Program-made: the position numbers and the translations under genes
Notes under the pieces: model-generated
Database searches by the model: none
What the model saw: only the letters and a program-made list of their open reading frames with translations
What the model was told of the DNA's origin: nothing
Source of the DNA: an uncultured virus (IMG/VR IMGVR_UViG_3300020814_000207)
Taxonomy: Duplodnaviria > Heunggongvirae > Uroviricota > Caudoviricetes
DNA: 64,000 nt
Strand: one strand, 5' to 3'
Virus record (IMG/VR): IMGVR_UViG_3300020814_000207
Span: 1 to 64,000 of that record
Shown here: positions 1 to 9,700 of the stretch, in pieces
How the letters are laid out: each line of letters begins with the position of its first letter
Position numbering within the stretch: position 1 is the first letter of the stretch

Positions 1-2
1 AT

Positions 3-512
3 AGTCAGGCTAACCAGTATATGCATAAGAGTTTTGAAACCAAAAAGCTATTGTTCCCAGGAATAAATACGGTCAAGATGCAAGCGGCAATGGCTATTGA
101 AAATCTTGCCGGAATAACAATCGATACCTACGAAGATATTGTTCATAATATCGAAGAACTGAAAAATGAATTATGTGCCATCAAAATGACATCAACCCCA
201 ACCGGAAAAGAAAAGTTCGAGGCCCCTTCTGTTACAGAAATAAGCATATCTGAGGGTAAGAAAAAAACCCATAAGATGCGAAAGGACAGGTATACTAGTT
301 TGTTGATTGCGCATAGATACGTGTACGACAACGATATAACTCCCCCGCCACCAATAAATTATGATGATGTCCCCGGCAACATAAGGGCTGTCCGCGTAGA
401 TCCGTCAGAGGGCATGTATCGTGGACCAGGAATTGGTGGGTTTAGAAATGCAGACTGGGCAAGAACCAGCAATGTCGCTGCTGTTAAACGCGGAGAGGTG
501 TATAATCAATAG
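3..512 (+). CDS. terL: Terminase large subunit, C-terminal part (gene begins upstream of the window)
   Basis: Frame is open from position 3 (SQANQY-MHKSFE). Contains an RKDRYTSLLIA motif typical of the terminase nuclease C-terminus and lies directly before the portal. Confidence 0.75.
   Translation, partial: SQANQYMHKSFETKKLLFPGINTVKMQAAMAIENLAGITIDTYEDIVHNIEELKNELCAIKMTSTPTGKEKFEAPSVTEISISEGKKKTHKMRKDRYTSLLIAHRYVYDNDITPPPPINYDDVPGNIRAVRVDPSEGMYRGPGIGGFRNADWARTSNVAAVKRGEVYNQ
498..505 (+). promoter_or_regulatory. GTGTATAA putative late-promoter motif upstream of portal
   Basis: Exact 8-mer shared with six other sites that precede structural genes. Confidence 0.5.
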
Positions 513-549
513 AACTGTAGTCGGACTATAATCGCACCAGGAGATATCA

Positions 550-2649
550 ATGTCTAAGAAAAAGATCACTACTAAGTCTATTCCGGTAGTTAAGCCCACC
601 AAGGACAATCAGTTGTACACCAAAGATTTTAATAAGGCCGGTAGTGTAGATGATCCTTTTATTATACGAGCTATTGGATCATCAAATAGTGTCCATCAGA
701 GATCGGGATACAACAGATACGACAAAGACAATTCGCGTTTGGAAGACAGAATTCCTACAGAGCACGGAGATATAATCATTGGTTGTCAAGCCATTTATAG
801 ACGAAATGGCATGGTAAGAAACATCGTCGATCTTATGGCCGACTTTGCTTCAGAAGGGATAGAACTAGTCCATCCAGTTCGTGCTCAACAGCATTTTTTC
901 CAGGAATGGGCGAAACGGGTTAAGTTACAAGATCGCGTTCACGATTTTATGAGGAATATGTTGCGAGACGGAAATGTTATTGTTCATAGGAAGTTCGGGT
1001 TTTTATCCAAACCGGCGCGCAAACAGTTTATTAAAGCCGAAACAGATATAGAAATCGACAAACCAGATAGGGTTACAAAAGACAAGAAGTCAACAAATAA
1101 ATGGATTATTCCGTGGAAATACGTATTCATATCACCAGCCATTTGCAAAAAAGGGGGCGGCACACTCGCTCGTTTTTATGGCGACGACACAATTGTAATG
1201 GCGATATCACCAGATCTTCGTCGTGCTATCGCAGATCCAAGAAATGCGGCTGACAAAGAACTAGTTAGTAAGCTACCATCGGACATCATTACAGCAGCGA
1301 AAAATAAGAAGGGCGAGGTTGTCCTAGACCCGAAAAGAACGTATGTATCATATTACAAAAAGGACGATTGGGATGATTGGGGTACCCCATTCCTATATTC
1401 TGTACTAGAAGACATAATGCTTAAGGATAAGATGCGATTAGCCGATATGGCCGCATTGGATGGAATTATTAACGTGATACGCGTTTGGAAACTCGGAAAG
1501 TCCGACAAACAAATACTGCCAACCAAAACTGCGGTTTCTAAGTTGATAGGAATATTGCAAAACAATTGTGGCGGCGGTGCAATGGATATTGTCTGGGACG
1601 ACATGATCGATTTACAAGTCGAGTATCCACCAACAGATAAGATTCTTGGAGACAGTAAGTACAAGTCAGTAAATACGGATATTGTTAGGGGTCTTGGTGT
1701 GCCAGATGCCCTTTTGGGTGGCACAGATATGACTACCAGGAACGGACAAACCGCGTTCGTTCAATTGAAGACTCTCGTAGAAAGACTAGAGTATATACGA
1801 TCAAAAGCGTTAGAATGGCTAGAGACAGAACTTAATCTAGTGACCAAGGCAATGGGGTTTAAGCGAATGCCGACCATCCGTTTTGGCACCATGTCCCTAC
1901 GAGATGAGGCTGCTGAAAAGGCTCTGGTGGTTCAATTGCTTGATCGTGGAATCATATCAATAGAAACCGTATTGAAGATATTTGGCCACGACTTCGTGAT
2001 TGAGCTAGAAAGATTGAAAGAGGAGCAGGATTTGCGCGATGCTGAAAATCCGGTTCTTGAAAAAACTGGTCCATACAATAGACCGTTCAGCGTCATGGAT
2101 CACCAAACAGATAACGCCATTAGACTAGAGGAAACTAAGTCTGGCGGTACTGGCGGGGGGGACAATCCGTTCGGAGACCAGCCAAAGAACGATTCTATCT
2201 CGCCGAAAAATGGTAGGCCATCTAATAAGCCGAGCACCAAACCAAGAGATACTAGAACTCCAAAGACATTAAGTTATGTGTATGAAAACATAGCAGAAAC
2301 TCTTTTGGATGAAATTGATAAATGCGTAGACCCTATGTTTTTATCGTCAAAGGGAATTAATAACATAAGAAAAGCTTCTGCTACGCAGCGAGTAGAACTT
2401 GAAAATATAAAATGGTCCATATTATGTTGCTTGTTACCGACAGATAAGGTTACAGAGGAAACAGTAACCGCTGCTTTGACAAGAACATCTGATGATATGG
2501 TGGTGTTGATAGACAAAACATATAGAGAACTATATAGCGAGTTCATGTCTATTGTTTCAAAACAACCAACACTACCGGAACGAAGACGACTTATGTCTAC
2601 TGCATGGGCTATACATGCTATAGCGAGGGATAACAATGAACATAGTTGA
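550..2649 (+). CDS. Portal protein
   Basis: 699 aa, follows terminase. Portal-like motifs YRRNGMVRNIVDLMADF and WGTPFLYSVL, then a disordered G/P/K-rich segment and a C-terminal helical extension. Confidence 0.8.
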   Translation: MSKKKITTKSIPVVKPTKDNQLYTKDFNKAGSVDDPFIIRAIGSSNSVHQRSGYNRYDKDNSRLEDRIPTEHGDIIIGCQAIYRRNGMVRNIVDLMADFASEGIELVHPVRAQQHFFQEWAKRVKLQDRVHDFMRNMLRDGNVIVHRKFGFLSKPARKQFIKAETDIEIDKPDRVTKDKKSTNKWIIPWKYVFISPAICKKGGGTLARFYGDDTIVMAISPDLRRAIADPRNAADKELVSKLPSDIITAAKNKKGEVVLDPKRTYVSYYKKDDWDDWGTPFLYSVLEDIMLKDKMRLADMAALDGIINVIRVWKLGKSDKQILPTKTAVSKLIGILQNNCGGGAMDIVWDDMIDLQVEYPPTDKILGDSKYKSVNTDIVRGLGVPDALLGGTDMTTRNGQTAFVQLKTLVERLEYIRSKALEWLETELNLVTKAMGFKRMPTIRFGTMSLRDEAAEKALVVQLLDRGIISIETVLKIFGHDFVIELERLKEEQDLRDAENPVLEKTGPYNRPFSVMDHQTDNAIRLEETKSGGTGGGDNPFGDQPKNDSISPKNGRPSNKPSTKPRDTRTPKTLSYVYENIAETLLDEIDKCVDPMFLSSKGINNIRKASATQRVELENIKWSILCCLLPTDKVTEETVTAALTRTSDDMVVLIDKTYRELYSEFMSIVSKQPTLPERRRLMSTAWAIHAIARDNNEHS

Positions 2650-3013
2650 TATATTCAACAGAGCAGTAGCACTATTTGGCGACAGATCGTGGCCAGACGA
2701 AGCATTTGTGGTAGAGGCTGGCGCAGAGAAGGACGATAATGGCAAGACCCTACAAAAATATCGTCACCTGCCACACCATGCCAAGACGGTAACAGATCCA
2801 AATGATAATGAAACGGTAGACCTACCACACCTGCGAAATGCACTGGCTCGTGTAAATCAGGTTGAACCAGTTAAAGAAAGTGCGACTAAATTTCGTAAGC
2901 GAGCACAATCACACCTTGCTCGTCATGCAAGGGCGTTGCTTAAAACACACAAAGAAGAGGCGGAAAGGTTAATTAGGGAATTTGAGTTAAACACCGAAGA
3001 ATGTGGAGGTTAG
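2636..3013 (+). CDS. Head-region protein, DUF6582-like
   Basis: WPDEAF...RHLPHH...DLPHLRNALARVNQ resembles the LPDSxF...HxRNALAR.xQ signature of small phage head-module proteins. Confidence 0.45.
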   Translation: MNIVDIFNRAVALFGDRSWPDEAFVVEAGAEKDDNGKTLQKYRHLPHHAKTVTDPNDNETVDLPHLRNALARVNQVEPVKESATKFRKRAQSHLARHARALLKTHKEEAERLIREFELNTEECGG

Positions 3014-3014
3014 G

Positions 3015-3326
3015 ATGGCAATTATTAGTATTGCAGTTGACACTAAAAGCAGGGAAAGTGTTGTAACAGTCGATGGCCAAATCGTTGCTACCAAGGGTTT
3101 TATGGTCGAAAAGTATGTTGATGCAGACGGCGTATCAAGATTGTCTCTTTCATATTGTAAGGACGACAAAGAAGAGAGCGGCCTTGATCGTGTAACATAT
3201 TGGTATTTGCCACAGCCAGAAGAGACACAGGCGTCTGTGAACGAGCATGGACTAGCTGAGCGCAAAGATCCAACCCCATCAGAGGTGGCTGATAGCATAG
3301 CATCATTCGTCATGAATCCTCGTTAA
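3015..3326 (+). CDS. Hypothetical protein
   Basis: ORF in the head operon. ATG at 3015 is preceded by GGAGGT (3005-3010). Confidence 0.6.
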   Translation: MAIISIAVDTKSRESVVTVDGQIVATKGFMVEKYVDADGVSRLSLSYCKDDKEESGLDRVTYWYLPQPEETQASVNEHGLAERKDPTPSEVADSIASFVMNPR

Positions 3327-3359
3327 ATCCTTATAACCAAATATATTGATGTTTGTTGT

Positions 3360-3367
3360 GTGTATAA
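3360..3367 (+). promoter_or_regulatory. GTGTATAA putative late promoter upstream of protease/scaffold
   Basis: Intergenic exact motif, followed by GAGG and the ATG at 3383. Confidence 0.6.
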
Positions 3368-3382
3368 AACTATGAGGAAACT

Positions 3383-4744
3383 ATGGGTACAATACCAATT
3401 TACCAATCAGAGATAGACGCCGGAATTGGTAGTTCTATTGAAAAATCAATTGCTTCTGTTGATGGATTGGTTTGTATATCAGATCACAGATGTGAGTCCA
3501 GCGATTTCGATAATATAATAAAGAAGCTGCTTTCAAGCGCGGACTTACAAGAGGTTGTGAATGATATAAACCAGCCCGATCTAGCATATATAACATCGAT
3601 TCTTGTTAGTACAGGTTGGAACAAAAACGATGACGTGTTTTTGCCAGCAGAGGTTTGGTCTGCACGTCAAAGCCCAGTACACAAGCCTATTAATATTGGA
3701 CACAAGGATGCTGAAATTATTGGACACATGATAAGCAGTAGGGCGGTAAACAAGGATGGATCTGAAATAGTAGACGACAACGCACCGGAGACATATGACC
3801 TTGAGGTTGTCGGCGTTTTATATAAAGATCTTCCGTCGTGCAGAGAAAAGATTGAGGCCATTTTAGAGGCGGCAAAAAATGGCAAGATTTTTGTTTCGAT
3901 GGAAGCTTGGTTTGATGATTTCGCATACGCCATGATTAATCCTGCAACTGGTGAGAGCAAGGTCGTCGAAAGAAATGAACAGACCTCATTTTTAACTAAG
4001 TACTTGAGAGCTTATGGTGGCAAGGGTTTGTATGAGAATATCCGTATCGGGAGAGTGTTAAAGAATATTGTTTTTGCTGGTAAGGGTATTGTTAGTAACC
4101 CTGCCAATCCAGAGTCAGTTATTAAGGAAGTGGCTGCTAAGGTTGCCGCAAACGAACAAGTAGGAGGTATGGAAATTATGGCTGAAGAGAGCGTTGATAT
4201 CCAGGCTCTTCAGAACAAAATCGATGAGGTGACTAAGATAGTAGAAACCAAAGACATTGAGATTGCTGCACTGACGCAGAAGGTTTCTGAATCTGAAGCC
4301 AAATTGGTTGATGTTCAAACGAAGCTGGACGAAGTGAGTGCAAGACTTCTTGAATCCGACAAGCAACTCGCAGAAGTAACCGGTCGTGCCGATACAGCAG
4401 AGGCCGAATTGGTTAGTATTCGCAAGAATGAGTTGGCGCGTCAAAGATTAACAGAACTCGCCAAAGTTAAAAGCATTTCTGATGAGGCTGAAACGTTGGC
4501 CGAACTTCGAGAGATGAGTGACGAGACATTTGCCTTAATCATGAAATACGCTGGTGAAACCAAGGCAGAGGTAGTGACAGAAAAGACAGATGATTCTACT
4601 AGCGCCGAAATTCTTGAGAATGTCAAAACAGAGGAAACACCGGACTTGCAAGGTGGTAATGGTGAGACAGAGGTAGTGTCAGTCATCAAAGCTGCCAAGG
4701 CAACCGCTGAATGTTTGTTAAAACGTAATAAGGAAATTGAGTAA
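3383..4744 (+). CDS. Prohead protease fused to scaffolding domain
   Basis: N-terminal protease-like motifs (WNKNDDVF, PINIGH, IIGHM, VSMEAW, FAGKGIVSNPANPES) and a C-terminal acidic coiled coil. Located upstream of decoration and capsid genes. Confidence 0.75.
   Translation: MGTIPIYQSEIDAGIGSSIEKSIASVDGLVCISDHRCESSDFDNIIKKLLSSADLQEVVNDINQPDLAYITSILVSTGWNKNDDVFLPAEVWSARQSPVHKPINIGHKDAEIIGHMISSRAVNKDGSEIVDDNAPETYDLEVVGVLYKDLPSCREKIEAILEAAKNGKIFVSMEAWFDDFAYAMINPATGESKVVERNEQTSFLTKYLRAYGGKGLYENIRIGRVLKNIVFAGKGIVSNPANPESVIKEVAAKVAANEQVGGMEIMAEESVDIQALQNKIDEVTKIVETKDIEIAALTQKVSESEAKLVDVQTKLDEVSARLLESDKQLAEVTGRADTAEAELVSIRKNELARQRLTELAKVKSISDEAETLAELREMSDETFALIMKYAGETKAEVVTEKTDDSTSAEILENVKTEETPDLQGGNGETEVVSVIKAAKATAECLLKRNKEIE
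4178..4744 (+). CDS. Putative nested in-frame scaffolding protein (internal start)
   Basis: AGGAGGT at 4162-4168 is followed by an in-frame ATG at 4178, at the start of the coiled-coil half. Confidence 0.5.
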   Translation: MAEESVDIQALQNKIDEVTKIVETKDIEIAALTQKVSESEAKLVDVQTKLDEVSARLLESDKQLAEVTGRADTAEAELVSIRKNELARQRLTELAKVKSISDEAETLAELREMSDETFALIMKYAGETKAEVVTEKTDDSTSAEILENVKTEETPDLQGGNGETEVVSVIKAAKATAECLLKRNKEIE

Positions 4745-4758
4745 GGGAGGTAACAGAA

Positions 4759-5229
4759 ATGGCTCTAAAACCAGATCGCGATTACAATGCGATGGATGAC
4801 ATCAGCTTTTTCTGGACTGATACCGCCGCAACAGTAGAAAAGGGCGGCTGTGCAAGTCTGGTTACAGCCGGATCAGGCGTATCGCTCGACGATACGAACA
4901 ACGTAGTAGAATACGCTGCTGATCCGTCAGGTGCTGTCCCCAAGGGTGTGATGCTAGCAGATGTTGCTGTGTACACACCAACCACAAGGTTCCATCGGAA
5001 CTTTGACAATGGCGAAGTCCTTCCAGGCGAAAAGGTCTGCCTGATTAGGAAGGGCTGGGTTGTGACCGATATGATCACCGGCACACCAACAGCAGGCGGC
5101 GATGCATATCTGGGGGTCAGCGGGTACTTTGCCACTGAGATGCCCTCAGGTAGCTATTCAGTCGTCGTTGGCAAGTTCGAAACGACCGCAGATCCAGATG
5201 GTTTCGTTAAGGTCTTTGTTGATCTATAA
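4759..5229 (+). CDS. Capsid decoration/cement protein
   Basis: 156 aa, beta-rich, immediately upstream of the major capsid gene, with a strong RBS (GGGAGGT). Confidence 0.65.
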   Translation: MALKPDRDYNAMDDISFFWTDTAATVEKGGCASLVTAGSGVSLDDTNNVVEYAADPSGAVPKGVMLADVAVYTPTTRFHRNFDNGEVLPGEKVCLIRKGWVVTDMITGTPTAGGDAYLGVSGYFATEMPSGSYSVVVGKFETTADPDGFVKVFVDL

Positions 5230-5244
5230 TAGGAGGGAAAACCA

Positions 5245-6252
5245 ATGAAAGACAACAAAATTATTAAGCCAGACGAAAAGATGACCGCCCTCCTGAAAGC
5301 CACTGGCTCGCAAGATCAGGCTGAGGCTGTCAATGCTATGCGGGCGTTGGCCCAGGCACTAGAGGAACCTTTGCGTCAAGGTATCCTTCCTGGCGATATT
5401 TTCAGTGACATTTTTACGGTAGAGAATCTTGATCCAAGTGCTACCGCAGAATATCCACTGGACTTTTATCAACCAGGAATGGAAAACGACTATGTTGCTT
5501 ATTCGCTACCCCAAGAAGGCGCTGTTCCACAGCGACATATTGGCGGCGATTTGGTAACCGTACAAACATATGATATCGGCAATGCGATTGACTGGCTGTT
5601 GAAATATAGTCGTCAGGCTCGCTGGAATATCGTGGCTCGTGCCATGGAAGTTCTCGAAGCCGGTTTTGTTAAGAAACTCAATACCGATGGCTGGAGAGTT
5701 TTGCTAGCCGCCGGTGTTGGTCGCGGGATCTTGATTTATGATAATGCTGCTGCTGCGGGACAGTTTACCAAGCGACTGGTTAGTCTCATGAAGACCAGTA
5801 TGCGGCGTACTGCTGGTGGCAACTCTGCGTCAGAAAATCGTGGTCGTTTAACTGACCTATATATCTCGCCAGAAGCACTTGAGGATATTCGCGATTGGGA
5901 CGAAGACGAAGTTGATGACGTGACTCGTAGAGAAATCTTCACCGCACGAGATGGCATGATTAGCCAGATCTACGGCGTAAATCTTCACGATATCGACGAA
6001 CTGGGCGAGGATCAGGAATTCCAGAACTACTTCGACGACGTTCTTGGTGGTTCTATGGGTACCTCTGATACCGAAATTGTGGTTGGTCTTGACCTGAGCA
6101 AGAACGATTCGTTCGTTATGCCGGTGAAAGAGCCCCTGTCGGTATTCGAAGATCCCGCATTGCATCGTCGACGCAGGGCTGGACTTTATGGCTGGATGGA
6201 AGCCGGTTTTGCATGCCTAGATGAACGGCGCGTATTACTGGGCAGCTTCTAA
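5245..6252 (+). CDS. Major capsid protein (HK97 fold)
   Basis: 335 aa with a strong RBS. LTDLYISPEALEDIRDW and IYGVNLH motifs, C-terminal GLYGWMEAGFACLD, followed by a terminator. Confidence 0.85.
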   Translation: MKDNKIIKPDEKMTALLKATGSQDQAEAVNAMRALAQALEEPLRQGILPGDIFSDIFTVENLDPSATAEYPLDFYQPGMENDYVAYSLPQEGAVPQRHIGGDLVTVQTYDIGNAIDWLLKYSRQARWNIVARAMEVLEAGFVKKLNTDGWRVLLAAGVGRGILIYDNAAAAGQFTKRLVSLMKTSMRRTAGGNSASENRGRLTDLYISPEALEDIRDWDEDEVDDVTRREIFTARDGMISQIYGVNLHDIDELGEDQEFQNYFDDVLGGSMGTSDTEIVVGLDLSKNDSFVMPVKEPLSVFEDPALHRRRRAGLYGWMEAGFACLDERRVLLGSF

Positions 6253-6281
6253 TCTAATCATAAATTAACTAGGTAGTTAAG

Positions 6282-6313
6282 AAAGACCCATCAATTATGG
6301 TGGGTCTTTTTTT
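6282..6313 (+). terminator. Rho-independent terminator after capsid gene
   Basis: AAAGACCCATCA-ATTA-TGGTGGGTCTTT hairpin followed by a T run. Confidence 0.8.
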
Positions 6314-6321
6314 GTGTATAA
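6314..6321 (+). promoter_or_regulatory. GTGTATAA putative late promoter directly after terminator
   Basis: Exact motif abutting the terminator T-tract. Confidence 0.6.
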
Positions 6322-6328
6322 CAAGGTG

Positions 6329-6709
6329 ATGAATAGTCCTTTTTTGAATAATGCGATTGTCAGGTTATATAATAACGGTTTAAGCTGCGCTGATATAGCT
6401 GAAATAGACGGAAGAAGCGAGAGCACTATCAGATCAATATTATTACACAACGGCGTTGTATTAAGATCTAGATCGGATGCTAATAAAAAAGTATCTGATA
6501 CAAGACTAGTATCATTATACAATATGGGATTATCTTGCTCGCAGATTGGCACATTACTAGGAATACACCCAACTACGGTTATTAAAAGATTTCACAGAAT
6601 AGGGTTTCCTCTTAGATCAAATATAACCGCTATGGCTATTTCTTATTCAGACGAAGAGTTTAATGCATTTTTTTGCAATAGTGCCTTTACCGCAATGTTA
6701 ACCGAATAA
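6329..6709 (+). CDS. Tandem helix-turn-helix DNA-binding protein
   Basis: Two similar HTH units: LYNNGLSCADIAEIDGRSESTIRSIL and LYNMGLSCSQIGTLLGIHPTTVIKRF. Confidence 0.7.
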   Translation: MNSPFLNNAIVRLYNNGLSCADIAEIDGRSESTIRSILLHNGVVLRSRSDANKKVSDTRLVSLYNMGLSCSQIGTLLGIHPTTVIKRFHRIGFPLRSNITAMAISYSDEEFNAFFCNSAFTAMLTE

Positions 6710-6723
6710 AGTGGGGGCCGCAA

Positions 6724-9700
6724 ATGGCATTGCTTAGAGCTAACGACTGCGTATCATATGCTCGGTTTGACGGGGCAATTGGTCCATACGATCACAAAAA
6801 TAACATAGCACTAAGCGGTGCTATTGCGTTTGGATCTGGCGTTTTAGCCCAGTCGTTTCTTGGTGCTGGCGCAAGGACATACTTTGGTGCCCAGACAACA
6901 TTTGGATCAGGAACAATATCTTCTGCCTCGGTATGCCAGTTGGATACAAACAAAATATTAGTTTGTTACGCCGATAGTAGTGATAATAATTATGGAAAGG
7001 CGGTCGTTGGGACCATTACTGGAGATTCAATTTCTTTTGGTTCGACAGCTACATTTCTAGGTGCTGGTGCGGCATCCCAGATTAAAGTATTGGCACTGTC
7101 TGCATCTACTGCAATTGTTTGTTATCAAGATGGGTCAGCTAGCGAACATGGATTAGCAAAAATATGTTCTATTTCAGGTACTAGTATAACACCGGGTAAT
7201 TCAGCAGAGTTTTATTCTTCATTTGGTAATTTCGCCGCAATGGATGTTACCAAAATCCATTCCAGTGGTTTTGTTGTTGTATATAAAGATAACGCAGATA
7301 GCGAACACGGCAAGGCTCGTGTTGGAACATTCGATGGAACGAATATCTCATTTGGTGCAGTCACGGACTTTTTATCTACCAGTATAGCCACCAACATATC
7401 TATTACATCGACAACTGCGTCCCAGGTAATAGTTGCATATACAGATAGCAATACTGGAAATAGTGGAAAAACCAAGGTTGGCACCATAGTTGGTAATGTC
7501 GTATCGTGGGGAAGTGCAACCACATTTGATTCGTCTGGCCCAGTATCTAACGTGGCTATATCAACCATAGGCTCGACTATTGGTGGAGACCATAGAATAC
7601 TGGTTACTTGGTATCGTGGACAATTTGCTGGAACATGGCCTCATGGTGCGTCAAGAAGGGGTGTGATTTCTGGTAGCTCTTTATCGTGGGATACTTCTTA
7701 CACCCAGATAGCATATGCGTACAATTTATTTTCAAAGCCATCTATTATACGGATAGATAACGACACCGTTGTCGTGGGCTTTCAAAAGACATATGGTTCT
7801 GTTTCTGTTGGACAAACTAACTCAATAGGCAATCTAGTATATTGGTCTCATCCAGATACGTTTTATCCTCTTGAGTGCAATGACACGCTAATAGCTAAAT
7901 GTGACGGAGACAAATTCGTTGTTGGAAGTATAGATTCCAATAATATTGGAAGACTATGCGTCGGAAATATTGTACGCGAAGCCAAAATTATGTCGACTAG
8001 TTCTTCTCCAAAATCGGCTATTGGCCAAAGCGGGATAGCTGTCGTCGGATGGTACAAGAACCCGTCAGCGGGGTCTTCCAGGACAGAAGTAAGTCGAGGA
8101 TATGACGTAGGCATTATTCCAACACACATTACGCTTGGTTCTGGAACTGCGGTATCTTATTGGAACGACACTTCAATTAGTTATTTGTTGGGTCAACTAA
8201 ACGATGGAAACAAACACTTTTTATCTATGTATTTTTCTCATATTAGTGGTGGAACATGGAATCTTGAAACATCGATAGACGGAAGCGGATACGTATCACA
8301 CGGCATACAGGATACAGGATACACGCCAATCGTAAATAACAACACCCCATTGAGCTACACGAATAGATCGTCTACTCTCAGTAGTTGGGTTGATGAAAAC
8401 ACGATATGGTTTACATCACCAAGATTTACCGACTATCAAACAGTGTCGATGTACGGATTAGCTGGTAGTGGCTTACAACTAAGTTCGTATACTGATGCAA
8501 TTGAAATTAACTACAGTGGCGTTGTACCAATGACGGTATATGGACCAACACAAATTACCAGCGAGCTAACATGTTTAGTAAAAGCACAGGATTTACCATA
8601 CGAAATAAGTGGCGCTATCTTTTATCACCCACTTGATGATAAAAAGGAATGGATTAAAAAACAAGAATGGTATGGTCCAGGAGCATTTGTTGATGGTCAA
8701 GTTAGTGGTGCTCTTTCTTTTGACTTATCTCAAAATTTTTCTATACCATCCTCCGGAGCAATTAGAATAGGCGTTACGTATGCGGTGCCATATATTCGAA
8801 TATCGCCGACAGACACAGATAGGGCTATTACACTAACCGGAGGCGGAAGTCAGCATAAATGGATGGGCATTGCCGCATCAGGTGGTATCGTCACAAGCGG
8901 AATCGAGCTAAACACAAATCTTACCGCCGCGTCATGCTTTAGCTTATCGTCGCTGGGTGATGACAGAGCGTTTTCATTGTCATCATTTGGTGGTGGCAAT
9001 TATGCGTTTGTTGTTAAAATGAATCCAGATCTTAGTATTACATCTGGAACAAGATTTTATCCGACAACTTTTGATGGCATAAGAATGTATCCATTTAATA
9101 CAATTTGCTTAAGGGCTTCTGGCGGATATGAACAAAACATAGTCGCTTCGTTCTTAAATTCAACAAATCAAACCAATATTTATCTTTATACAACATCTGG
9201 AATGTATGTTACAGGTAGAGCATCAGGCACATATAATGGTTGGAATTATGGTCAAACTCTTCCAGTTATAACCAAAATAGACGACAGCCATTTTGTTGTA
9301 TGTCACGGAAGACATAATAGAATGAACGTCGTGCGACTAAACGACGATAATTCGTTTACCTATGGACGAGATGTTAGAGATTATTCCATGCCGCTTACTT
9401 GTTATTATTCGTATTTACTAAATCTTGGTGGTGGTAGCGGAATATGGGCATATCCGCACAAAATTAATACCGTCAATAAAAATGCATACGTACCAGTATT
9501 GTTAACTAGTACCGGAATTACTTTAGCGAATCCACCAGAATCAACACAATATTCTAATCTAGACATGGGGTATGGGTTTTATGGATCGCCAAGTTATGAT
9601 GGAACTATCCCAGACAACCTGATGTGTAAGATAGATGACACATCTTTTGTGACTTTCAATGCGACACTTGCATCTCATCAATGGTATTGGTTTAGGAATG

